A stretch of 64,000 nucleotides of DNA from the NCBI GenBank assembly GCA_034676805.1, contig JAXDDO010000001.1:4758-68757 (forward strand). Reading direction: 5' to 3'. Source of the stretch: Anaerolineae bacterium (GTDB lineage Bacteria > Chloroflexota > Anaerolineae > B4-G1 > SLSP01). How positions within the stretch are numbered: the first letter of the stretch is position 1; each line of letters begins with the position of its first letter. The notes below the pieces were generated by a model. That model was not told the origin of the DNA. It saw only the letters and a list, made by a program, of their open reading frames with translations, and did not search any database. Shown one piece after another: positions 51,785-60,642 of this stretch. Position numbers and translations under genes: made by a program.

Positions 51785-53821
51785 TCACGGGAGCCCGATG
51801 CTGTCGAGAGGGATCACGATGGTGTCGCCTCCGGATTGTAGCTCCAGCCGCCTGTCTGGGGTATAGAGCCCCACGTGGAGCCTGCACGCCCTGCACGCGG
51901 TCGAAGCGGCAGGCCCCTCCAGATCCAGGAAGAAACGGTCGCGCAGTCGGGTTCCGGGTCGCCAGCGACTGGAAGGATAGGCGTCCGCGCCGGCGATGTG
52001 GTCGTGTTGCGCCAGCAACTCGCCGTCGGCGGCCAGCAGATGCACGAACACCCTGTAGTCCTCTGCCAGGGGGGCCTCGGTCTCCCACCACAGATCGACT
52101 TCCCACAGCGTCTCGTTGGTGAGGATGTCGTATCCCAGTAGTTCGATGGGTGCCTCGAAGGATGCCTGGAGCCGTATGGGCGGCTCGATAAGACGGTCGA
52201 GAGGGCCGCAGGTCTCCAGATCGAAGAGCAGCAGGCTCACGTTGGTGAATCCGGCATCCACAGGCAGGCGCCGGCAGGATTCTACGAGGATGCTCTGGAC
52301 TAGATCCGTCGGATCGGCGAGGTGTTGCTGCCAAAGGACGAGCCACAGGCGCTTGCGGCCGACTGTTTCGCGCTCCAGGATTTGCAGCGCGCGGAGATCT
52401 AGCGCGCGGTTCGTATCCAATATCCGGGCGTCATAGGGCAGCCCGAACAGATGAGCGGGACCTTCGTAGTAGAGCTCAAGGTTTGGCACGGCGTAGCCGC
52501 CTACGACCAGAATCGCATCGTCTGGCTTGCCACGAGCCAGAATGTGCTGCGCGATGCCCCGAAAATCCGGGCGGGGATGCCATTCGTCGCGCAGCGCTAC
52601 CGCCCACGTCCCCTCTGCCTGACGGGCCAGGGCAGGCATTGCCATCGCGGTCCAGGCGCCGAGCAGCACGAGGCCCGCCGTCGCCAGCGCGGCACGGACG
52701 AGCTGCGACCGGCCGGGACGCGCGACGATGAGGGTCTCCCAGCCGATCCCGATGCCGGCGGTGAGGGCGATGCCCCACGAGGGGAGCAGGTAGCGTTCGC
52801 TCCACTTCGCCTTGACCGACAGCAGCACGAGCAGGATCACGATCGGCAGGATCAGATTGACCGCCAGCCACAGCCGGGTGCGGCCAGGCTGCTGCCCCGT
52901 GCCCCAGATTCCCGCTGCCACCAGGCTGAGCAGGGCGACGAGGACGAAGCTCACAGGCCAGGGGCTGTATAGGTATTGCCCAACTCCGAAAAGGACCGGG
53001 ATCCAGTGTAGCGCATCTAGCGGGACAGCGGAGACCGCTGTCGCGTCGGCTCGAACGCGCCAGAGCGCCCAGGCGGCGATGGGCAGCGCCAGTACGACCA
53101 GAACCAAGTTGGCGACCAGCCAGGTCCTTGCCCGGGGGCCAAGCCGGGGTGTGCCAGGGACGTGTTGCCGCGGGCGGTCTGACACTACGAGCACGAGGGT
53201 ACCCCATAGACCCGCCGACGCCCACGCCAAACCCGCATAGGGGTGCGCGAGCAGCATTGCAGTCCCCAATGCGACGTAGGTACAGGCGCCCCGTCCGCGC
53301 GCAATCAGCCGCCACGCGATCCAGAGGAAGGCGGTCGCGAGCGGGATTGCCAGGGCGTACATGCGCACTTCCTGGGCGTAGTAGACGAAGATGGGCAGTG
53401 TCGCGTAGGCCAGCAGACTCCCTAGTCCTCCGCCACGGCGCCCAGCCACTGCCGCGCCCAATCGCAGTATCAACGGGGCCGTGATCGCGCCCAAAAGCGT
53501 CGAAAGGTAGCGTACGGCGAACTCTCCCCCGCCGGCGACGCGAATCCAGAGCGACAGCAGCAGGCCATAGAGGGGAAGGGCGTTATCCTCCTGCAGCAGC
53601 CCGCGCAAACTCTGCCAAACGCCCTGCCGAGCATGGTACAGCATAAAGGCTTCGTCGTACCATAGCGAGGTGGCATTAAGTCCCCATACCCGCAGCCCGA
53701 AGGTCAGGAGTATCAGGGAGGAGGCGGTGATCAGGACCGCGAGGCGTTGTTGCCTTACGTGGTTCCCGGTTGGCCGATTCACAGCGCCATTATACCCGAA
53801 GGGAGGCCGCTGCCTACCCAA
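51785..53821 (-). CDS. GT-C fold membrane glycosyltransferase (family 39 / ArnT-PMT_2-like) with C-terminal soluble domain
   Basis: Multi-TM N-terminal about 430 aa, with a first-loop SLWYDEAF motif. TTG start 53821, or GTG 53782 (possible leaderless start 6 nt after a TATAAT). Confidence 0.75.
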   Translation of the reverse strand: MGRQRPPFGYNGAVNRPTGNHVRQQRLAVLITASSLILLTFGLRVWGLNATSLWYDEAFMLYHARQGVWQSLRGLLQEDNALPLYGLLLSLWIRVAGGGEFAVRYLSTLLGAITAPLILRLGAAVAGRRGGGLGSLLAYATLPIFVYYAQEVRMYALAIPLATAFLWIAWRLIARGRGACTYVALGTAMLLAHPYAGLAWASAGLWGTLVLVVSDRPRQHVPGTPRLGPRARTWLVANLVLVVLALPIAAWALWRVRADATAVSAVPLDALHWIPVLFGVGQYLYSPWPVSFVLVALLSLVAAGIWGTGQQPGRTRLWLAVNLILPIVILLVLLSVKAKWSERYLLPSWGIALTAGIGIGWETLIVARPGRSQLVRAALATAGLVLLGAWTAMAMPALARQAEGTWAVALRDEWHPRPDFRGIAQHILARGKPDDAILVVGGYAVPNLELYYEGPAHLFGLPYDARILDTNRALDLRALQILERETVGRKRLWLVLWQQHLADPTDLVQSILVESCRRLPVDAGFTNVSLLLFDLETCGPLDRLIEPPIRLQASFEAPIELLGYDILTNETLWEVDLWWETEAPLAEDYRVFVHLLAADGELLAQHDHIAGADAYPSSRWRPGTRLRDRFFLDLEGPAASTACRACRLHVGLYTPDRRLELQSGGDTIVIPLDSIGLP

Positions 53822-53891
53822 GGTCGTAAATTGCCATATAATCGTATTTGATATATCCAGCTTGCTTGGTACTGGTCACCGGAGGAGAGCG

Positions 53892-55265
53892 ATGGGAGAT
53901 ACAGGCACTCGGTTGATTCGCGGTGGGACGGTTGTCACCCCTGACGCTATGCTCAGGGCCGATCTGCTGCTTGCCGATGGCAAGATTCAGGCGATCGGCG
54001 ACAGACTATTGTCGTCAGAGGGCGCCGAGGTGGTCGACGCCGAGGGGTTGTTAGTGCTGCCTGGTGTTATCGATGCCCATGCTCACATCCAGCTCGACAC
54101 CGGAATCTATCAAACAGCGGATTCCTGGTTCGAGGGCAGCCGAGCCGCGGCTTTTGGTGGCGTCACTACCGTCGTGGACTTCGCGACGCAGTTTGAAGGG
54201 CAGACGTTCGAGCAGGCGTTGACGACCCGGCTGGACGAGGCTGCCGGATCGGTCATCGACTACGCTTTTCACATGATGGTTACCGACGTGTCTCCCGGAC
54301 AGGAGGACGAACTGGGCGCCTTGCCCGAGTTGGGGATTCAGAGCATCAAGCTCTATACGACCTATCGGCCCAACTACTATGCCGACGACGCGACCATTCT
54401 GCGACTCCTGGAGGCCGCGGCGCGCTATGACCTCATCAGCCTGGTGCATTGTGAGAATGATGCGCTGGTCACTGCACAGACTGAGGCGTTAGTCCGAGCG
54501 GGGCACATCAGTTGGGCCTATCACGGGGCGGCACGCCCGGCTTTGGCCGAGCAAGAGGCAACCGCGCGCGTGCTGTTTCTCGCGGATGCGGTGGGGGCTG
54601 CGGTTGTGATCGCGCACAACTCGACGGCGTTGACGTCGCAACTGGTGGCTGACGCTCGGGCAGCGGGCCGTCCTGTCTATTCAGAGACGGCGCCGCAGTA
54701 TCTGCTCCTGGACAACCGTGTCTATGACGGGCACGAGCCTTGGCGCTATATCCTTCAGCCGCCGCTGCGCGATCCCGCCGAGAAAGATGGGTTGTGGGCA
54801 TTGATCTCCGATGGGCAGATCGATATGATTATCACAGACCACTGTGACTACCGGAAGGCTCAGAAGCTCGCAGTCGACAACTTCACCAAGACTCCGGGCG
54901 GCCTTCCGGGGTTGGAGACGCTGTTGGTGCTGATGGCGACCTATGGCGTGGGGCAGGGACGCATTGACTGGTTGGATCTGGTCCGGCTGCTGGCTTACGC
55001 ACCCGCACGCATCTATGGCCTCTGGCCGAAGAAGGGCGCGCTGTTGCCGGGCTTCGACGCCGATCTTGTGCTGTTCGATCCGGCCCCTGAAGGGCTGCTG
55101 GCTGCCGAGAATCTGCACATGGTTGCGGGGTACACGCCGTTCGAAGGGGTGCAGACCCAAGGCCGTGTGGTCAGCACGATGGTGCGCGGCGAGTTCGTCG
55201 TGCGTGATGGCGTTTTCGCCGGTGACGAGGGCAGCGGCAGGTTCGTGCCGCGCGGATCTGCGTAA
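53892..55265 (+). CDS. Dihydropyrimidinase / D-hydantoinase-type cyclic amidohydrolase
   Basis: ORF 53670..55265, trimmed to ATG 53892 (GGAGGAGAG RBS). Motifs GVIDAHAHIQ, SIKLYTTY, VHCEN and ITDHC. Confidence 0.82.
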   Translation: MGDTGTRLIRGGTVVTPDAMLRADLLLADGKIQAIGDRLLSSEGAEVVDAEGLLVLPGVIDAHAHIQLDTGIYQTADSWFEGSRAAAFGGVTTVVDFATQFEGQTFEQALTTRLDEAAGSVIDYAFHMMVTDVSPGQEDELGALPELGIQSIKLYTTYRPNYYADDATILRLLEAAARYDLISLVHCENDALVTAQTEALVRAGHISWAYHGAARPALAEQEATARVLFLADAVGAAVVIAHNSTALTSQLVADARAAGRPVYSETAPQYLLLDNRVYDGHEPWRYILQPPLRDPAEKDGLWALISDGQIDMIITDHCDYRKAQKLAVDNFTKTPGGLPGLETLLVLMATYGVGQGRIDWLDLVRLLAYAPARIYGLWPKKGALLPGFDADLVLFDPAPEGLLAAENLHMVAGYTPFEGVQTQGRVVSTMVRGEFVVRDGVFAGDEGSGRFVPRGSA

Positions 55266-55323
55266 TGGTGCCGTGCGCATCAGACCCAGCCAGCTCGATG
55301 GAGGACGCTAGAAGGGCCGCTAT

Positions 55324-55935
55324 ATGGATATCCTGCTGATTCTTGTAGGCGTTGCGATAGGCGTAGCGACTGCCCTGATCGTGGTCCGCTCTCGTGAGCG
55401 GTTGGATCGGGAGGCGCTGCGCGAGGAGGTCGCAGAGGCATTCGCCGCGCGGGCCGAAACCGAACGGACGCGGATAGTTCGCGCCTATGAGATGCAGATG
55501 CGGCAATTGCAGGATCGACACCGTGCCGAAGTGGACCACACGCGACGCAGCACGGCCGACCGCAGTCGCGCCGTTCTGAAGGGCAAGATGGCGGAGCAGG
55601 TTGCGCCACTGTTGCCGGGCTTTCAGTATTGGCCTGCCGATGCCAGGTTTCTGGGCGATCCCGTGGATTACGTTGTGTTTGACGGATACAGCGCCTGCAA
55701 GGACAATCACAGCGACGGGCGCGACTTGGAGATCGTGATCCTCGATATCAAGCAGGGCAAGTCGATGCTCAGCCGCGAGCAGCGGCGCATTGCCGACGCG
55801 GTCGCCGAAGGACGGGTGCGTTTTGAGGTCGTCAGGATCTTCGGCGACGGTAAGGTTAGGTCGCGCACGTGGCGACCGCGCAGGCCCGAGAACCCCCCGG
55901 GGCACCCGTGGATAGCGACTGAAGGTGAGGAGTAG
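55324..55935 (+). CDS. Membrane-anchored endonuclease related to archaeal Holliday junction resolvase (COG4741 / PF10107-like)
   Basis: N-terminal TM helix ILLILVGVAIGVATALIVV, a charged coiled region, then PD-(D/E)xK-like DPVDYVVFDG...IVILDIKQGKS...EQRRIADAV. Confidence 0.65.
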   Translation: MDILLILVGVAIGVATALIVVRSRERLDREALREEVAEAFAARAETERTRIVRAYEMQMRQLQDRHRAEVDHTRRSTADRSRAVLKGKMAEQVAPLLPGFQYWPADARFLGDPVDYVVFDGYSACKDNHSDGRDLEIVILDIKQGKSMLSREQRRIADAVAEGRVRFEVVRIFGDGKVRSRTWRPRRPENPPGHPWIATEGEE

Positions 55936-55939
55936 ATCG

Positions 55940-56986
55940 ATGAGGGAGATCGTCGCTGACCTTAGACGGTGGAAAGAGATGGGCAGAACGCAGATCGCGC
56001 TCGCAACCATCGTGGAGACCAAGGGCTCTTCCCTGCGACCGCCAGGGACACGTATGGCGATCACAGCCGAAGGGGATATCGCCGGTTCGGTTAGCAGTGG
56101 TTGTGTGGATGGCGACGCGATAGCCGAGATGGAGGCCGTCCTGGCGGGTGGGCCCGTGATACGCCTGCCCTCCTACGGAGTCTCCGACGAGTTGGCGTGG
56201 AGCGCCGGGTTGTCCTGTGGAGGCGCGATCGAGGTGTTGGTCGAGCGGTGGTCGCCGCTCTACGATACGTTGATCGACGAGATCGAAGGTAAGCGTACGG
56301 TGGGGTTCGCCTCACGGACCGACCGCCCCTCGCACCTGCTCCATAAGTCGGATGGGACCACACTCGGGACGCTTGAGAACCCCGACCTTGACGGTCAGGT
56401 GCTGATGGACATCGCGGCTGCATGGCCTGGCCCCTATGCCCGTAAGCACGCCTATGCACAAGGAGAGGTCTTCATCGAGGTCATCCCGCCGCCGCCGGTG
56501 ATGCTGATCTTTGGGGCAACGGATATCGCCATTCCGTTGGTCGAGATCGCCAGCGTCGCGGGCTTCCAGGTGTTGGTAAGCGACGCCAGGCGCGCTTTTC
56601 TCCAGGAGGAGCGGTTTCCGCACGCCGAACAACGATTCGGTTGGCCTCAGGACGTCTTCGAACCTCAGGAGCTGGGGCCGAGTTGGGCCGTCGTCGTGCT
56701 GTTTCACGATCCAAAGTTCGACATCCCCGCGCTGACGCTGGCGTTGCGCAGCGAGGCCTATTACATCGGCTTCCTTGGCAGCCGCAAGACTCAGGAAGAA
56801 CGGCGCGCTTCGCTGATGCAGGCGGGTTTTCGCGAAAGCGACTTGGAGCGCATCTATGGGCCCGTGGGACTGGACATCGGTGGCAAGGAATCCGCTTCGA
56901 TCGCGTTGTCGATCGTTGCCGAGGCTGTTGCGGTCCGTCACCGGCGCGCCGGCGGCATGATGAGTCGCCAGCGCAGGGTGCCCTGA
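55940..56986 (+). CDS. XdhC/CoxI-family accessory protein
   Basis: ORF 55925..56986. ATG 55940 follows GGTGAGGAG. Motifs ALATIVETKGSSLRPPGTRM, GSVSSGCVD and the Rossmann part MLIFGATDIAIPL. Confidence 0.8.
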   Translation: MREIVADLRRWKEMGRTQIALATIVETKGSSLRPPGTRMAITAEGDIAGSVSSGCVDGDAIAEMEAVLAGGPVIRLPSYGVSDELAWSAGLSCGGAIEVLVERWSPLYDTLIDEIEGKRTVGFASRTDRPSHLLHKSDGTTLGTLENPDLDGQVLMDIAAAWPGPYARKHAYAQGEVFIEVIPPPPVMLIFGATDIAIPLVEIASVAGFQVLVSDARRAFLQEERFPHAEQRFGWPQDVFEPQELGPSWAVVVLFHDPKFDIPALTLALRSEAYYIGFLGSRKTQEERRASLMQAGFRESDLERIYGPVGLDIGGKESASIALSIVAEAVAVRHRRAGGMMSRQRRVP

Positions 56987-57031
56987 TGGGGCTGGCCCCG
57001 GACACAGGTAGAGACGGCTAAGGAGGATCTG

Positions 57032-57589
57032 TTGGGATTCGAAGACGAGGAAGATCCCGTCGTTGCTGATGATGAGCAGCCCTGGGAGCCCGAGCCCATC
57101 TCCCAAGAGGCCTTTCTCGGGCCGGAGGGGTGGTCGAATATCAACCGGGCTCCGCTCGACCGTGTCTCGGGCGTGATCTACAAACGCGCCGCCCATATCA
57201 AGCGTGTGCGGTACACGCCTCTCGCTCCATCGCCTGAGGCAGCGCCGCCGTGGCAAGGGCAGGGTGAGGCTGTGGTGCGCTGGTTGTTCAGCGAGGAGCC
57301 AGGCACCGAGGAGGGGATTTTGCAGGGCCGCTGTTTCCAGTGCTTGCTGGATGTGGCATTGCTCCCGGGCGCCGCCACCGGTCAGCAGGCTCATGCGGGC
57401 CAGGATAGCATCTTGTACGTGCTTGAGGGCCAGGGCCGGCTCTACCATCGACCCTCTGCGTCGAGCCCGGTGGTTGCGCGCCCTCTCAGACGCGGTGATG
57501 CGGTGCTCATCTCCGGCGATGAGCTCTACAGCGTGGAAAACCTCGACGACGCGGCGTTGTTGCGGATGATCGTTCTACGGTTGGGGTAG
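57032..57589 (+). CDS. Cupin-domain protein
   Basis: TTG start 5 nt after AGGAGG (57021-57026). C-terminal cupin-like HAGQDSILYVLEGQGRLY...GDAVLISGDELYSVEN. Confidence 0.6.
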   Translation: MGFEDEEDPVVADDEQPWEPEPISQEAFLGPEGWSNINRAPLDRVSGVIYKRAAHIKRVRYTPLAPSPEAAPPWQGQGEAVVRWLFSEEPGTEEGILQGRCFQCLLDVALLPGAATGQQAHAGQDSILYVLEGQGRLYHRPSASSPVVARPLRRGDAVLISGDELYSVENLDDAALLRMIVLRLG

Positions 57590-57631
57590 CTCTGATGAGC
57601 AGTGAGCTGAGCACGAGAATCCGAGGGTACT

Positions 57632-58903
57632 ATGGCTAAGCGGGTCATCGTGGTGGGCGCTGGAGCGGGTGGCCTGATCGCCGCGGGCCGTGCGGCAGAG
57701 CTTGGGGCGCGCGTCCTTCTGCTCGAGAAGATGGATGAACCAGGCAAGAAGATCCTCATCAGCGGCAAGTCTCGCTGCAACATCACCAATGCGGCGCCTC
57801 TGGAGCAGTTCCTGACCTACTATGGACGCAACGGGCGCTTCTTGCGCAACGCCTTTCACCGTTTTTTCCGTGACGAACTGCTGCAGCTGCTGTCGCGCTA
57901 TGGTGTTGAGGCTCAGACCGAGCGCGGGGGGCGGATCTTTCCCGCGTCAGGAGATGCGCGTGATGTCCGTGATGCCCTGTTGCGCTACACTAGTCAGTAT
58001 GCTGTGGAGGTGCGCACCCAGACCGAGGTCCGACGGCTGGTGGGCGAGGAGTTGCTGCGGGGGGTCGCGCTCGCAGACGGCGCTCAGATTCCGGCGGATG
58101 TTGTGATTCTGGCCACGGGCGGCGCTTCGTGGCCCGCGACGGGTTCCACAGGACAAGGGTACGTGATGGCTCAGGAAGTTGGCCATACCTTGAATCCCTT
58201 GCGTCCGGCGTTGGTGCCGCTCACGGTGGTCGAGCGTTCAACAGCCAAGGCGCTTCAGGGCGTCAGCCTGCGCAATGTGCGGTGTGACTTCTTCGTGCGC
58301 CGGGCCGGCAGAGCGGAGCGGCGCCTCCCTATACCCTATCCAATGCCCGACACGGGTGAGATGCTGTTCACTCACTTCGGTGTTTCGGGCCCGCAGATAC
58401 TCACCGCTTCGATCGCCGTAGTCGATGCCCTACGATCCGGGCACGAGGTCCTTCTGTCAATCGACCTGAAGCCCGGTATGCCCGTTGACGACGTCCACGC
58501 CAGACTGCAACGCGAGTTCGAGCAGCATCCTCACCGCCGACTGCCCACGCTGCTGCGCGACTGGGTGCCCGGGATGCTGGCCGATGTACTGGCAGGCCTG
58601 AGCGGCATAGAAGCAGAGCGGCACGTCCACCGGATACGGGCGGAGGAACGCGCGCGTCTGGTCGAGCTGCTGAAGGGATTTCGCTGGACAATATCCGGTT
58701 CGCTTCCGCTTGCTGCCGGGATGGTCACAGCCGGTGGGGTGGCGTTGGATGAGGTCGATCCTGCGACGTTTGCTTCGCGGAAGGTGAAGGGACTCTATAT
58801 CGTTGGTGAGCTTCTCGACCTGGCCGCCGACACCGGGGGATTCAACTTGCAGGCAGCCTTCAGCACTGGCTATCTCGCCGGCACTGCGGCGGCTGGCGTG
58901 TAG
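57632..58903 (+). CDS. NAD(P)/FAD-dependent oxidoreductase (HI0933 / BaiN-like)
   Basis: Motifs VIVVGAGAGGLIAAGRAAELG, ISGKSRCNITN and C-terminal GGFNLQAAFSTG. Confidence 0.82.
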   Translation: MAKRVIVVGAGAGGLIAAGRAAELGARVLLLEKMDEPGKKILISGKSRCNITNAAPLEQFLTYYGRNGRFLRNAFHRFFRDELLQLLSRYGVEAQTERGGRIFPASGDARDVRDALLRYTSQYAVEVRTQTEVRRLVGEELLRGVALADGAQIPADVVILATGGASWPATGSTGQGYVMAQEVGHTLNPLRPALVPLTVVERSTAKALQGVSLRNVRCDFFVRRAGRAERRLPIPYPMPDTGEMLFTHFGVSGPQILTASIAVVDALRSGHEVLLSIDLKPGMPVDDVHARLQREFEQHPHRRLPTLLRDWVPGMLADVLAGLSGIEAERHVHRIRAEERARLVELLKGFRWTISGSLPLAAGMVTAGGVALDEVDPATFASRKVKGLYIVGELLDLAADTGGFNLQAAFSTGYLAGTAAAGV

Positions 58904-58945
58904 CCGGCGGAGAGCCCCACATCGCCCGTTGGGCGGACCCGACCT

Positions 58946-58973
58946 TTGACATCTGGCGGCCTAGGGGTATGCT
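58946..58973 (+). promoter_or_regulatory. Sigma-70-like promoter candidate for the dNK operon
   Basis: TTGACA (58946-58951), 16-nt spacer, TATGCT (58968-58973). Confidence 0.5.
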
Positions 58974-59031
58974 CTTAGGGTACAGAGAGCGCATGGCAGC
59001 CGTACGCGGCGGTAACCAGGGGGAATGACGG

Positions 59032-59958
59032 TTGGCTACACAGCCCACACATCCGTATATCGCCATCGAAGGGGTTATTGGCGTCGGCAAGACGACGTTG
59101 GCCCGGCTGCTGCGCTCACGGTTTGAGGCGGAAACCATCCTGGAGGCTTTCGACGAGAATCCATTTCTGTCGGACTTCTATGGGGACCGGGCACGGTATG
59201 CCTTTCAGACCCAGCTCTTCTTCCTGCTAAGTCGCTATCGCCAGCAACAGCAAGCGATCAGCACAATCCGGCACAACGCGCTGTTGGCCGATTACTGCTT
59301 TGAGAAGGATCGCCTCTTCGCGCACGTCAACATCAACAGCGCTGATGAGCTCGAGATGTATGATCGGCTCTACGAAGCTCTGTCCGAGAGCATCCGTGTG
59401 CCGGACCTGATTGTCTACCTGCGCGCCCAGGTAGACACTCTGATGGCTCGGATCGCTATGCGCGACCGAACCTTCGAGCGCAAAATCGATCGAGAGTACA
59501 TCGCGACCCTCCGGCAAGGCTATGAAGCGCTGTTTGCCAGCTATGATGCCACGACCGTTCTGGTTCTGGATGCTGACGCCCTCGACTTTGTCCGTAATCC
59601 CGAGGACCTCGACACAATCGAGCAGCGGATACGGACCACACTGGCCGGGGTGCGCCAACCAACCTTGCCGCGAATCTCGTTTGAGGTTCCTCCGCGCCCG
59701 GCGTGGCAACTGGTGAGCGCGCCGGCGCCCGAGCCCCGGACCGAGGCTAACTGGCAGGCCTTGGGCGACTTCCTGGCGCTTGCTGAAGCGGTTGGGCGGA
59801 TAGGAGGCGCACTCGCAGCACAGGCGCCCGTACACCCTGATGGTGCGCCGGAGGCGATGCGTAGCGCTATGTGCGATGCCAACCGTGCATTGCTGGCTCT
59901 GGCACAACGGACAGGGGTTCTGCTCGATCCCTCTGAGAACGATAGCGGTGCCCTGTAA
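59032..59958 (+). CDS. Deoxynucleoside kinase with a ~100-aa C-terminal extension
   Basis: TTG start after GGGGGA. P-loop IEGVIGVGKTT, ENPFLSDFY, and lid ARIAMRDRTFERKI. The extension runs from about 59647. Confidence 0.8.
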   Translation: MATQPTHPYIAIEGVIGVGKTTLARLLRSRFEAETILEAFDENPFLSDFYGDRARYAFQTQLFFLLSRYRQQQQAISTIRHNALLADYCFEKDRLFAHVNINSADELEMYDRLYEALSESIRVPDLIVYLRAQVDTLMARIAMRDRTFERKIDREYIATLRQGYEALFASYDATTVLVLDADALDFVRNPEDLDTIEQRIRTTLAGVRQPTLPRISFEVPPRPAWQLVSAPAPEPRTEANWQALGDFLALAEAVGRIGGALAAQAPVHPDGAPEAMRSAMCDANRALLALAQRTGVLLDPSENDSGAL

Positions 59959-59970
59959 GATGCTGTAGTC

Positions 59971-60642
59971 ATGCCCCTTCGGGAGATGGATAGGGTGACC
60001 AAGTATTTCATCGCGGTAGCAGGCAATATTGGTGCGGGCAAGACGACGCTGACGTCGCTTCTCAGCCAACGCCTTTCCTGGGAGCCCTTTCTGGAGGGCG
60101 TAGGAGATAATCCGTATCTCGCCGATTTCTACGAGGACATGGAACGCTGGAGTTTCCACTCGCAAGTCTTCTTCCTGGGCCGGCGTTTGATACACCATCG
60201 CCAGCTCTTGGATCGCCCAGGTTCGACGGTTCAGGATCGCACCGTCTATGAGGACGCCGAGGTCTTCGCGCGCAATCTCTACCTACAGGGCCTGATGAGT
60301 GAGCGAGACTACGCGACGTACAACGAGCTCTATCGTGCAGTTGCGTCAATCCTGCCGCCTCCCAATCTGGTGATTTATCTGCAAGCGTCTGTGGATACGT
60401 TGAAGACGCGTATCCAGAAACGCGGGCGGTCCTACGAGCGCAACATCAGCAGTGGTTACCTTGAGCAACTCAACCGGTTGTACGAGGACTGGTTCGAGCA
60501 CTTCACGCGTTGCCCGGTACTGGCGATACCATCGGATCGGTTGGACTTCGTTGCCAACCACGATCACCTCGATCAGGTCGTTGACAAGATCCTGGAGCGC
60601 CTGCAGGGTAAGGAAGTCGTTCAGCTTGGTGGGGGACAGTGA
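59971..60642 (+). CDS. Deoxynucleoside kinase
   Basis: P-loop VAGNIGAGKTT, DNPYLADFY, and lid TRIQKRGRSYERNI. Alternative start ATG 59986. Confidence 0.85.
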   Translation: MPLREMDRVTKYFIAVAGNIGAGKTTLTSLLSQRLSWEPFLEGVGDNPYLADFYEDMERWSFHSQVFFLGRRLIHHRQLLDRPGSTVQDRTVYEDAEVFARNLYLQGLMSERDYATYNELYRAVASILPPPNLVIYLQASVDTLKTRIQKRGRSYERNISSGYLEQLNRLYEDWFEHFTRCPVLAIPSDRLDFVANHDHLDQVVDKILERLQGKEVVQLGGGQ

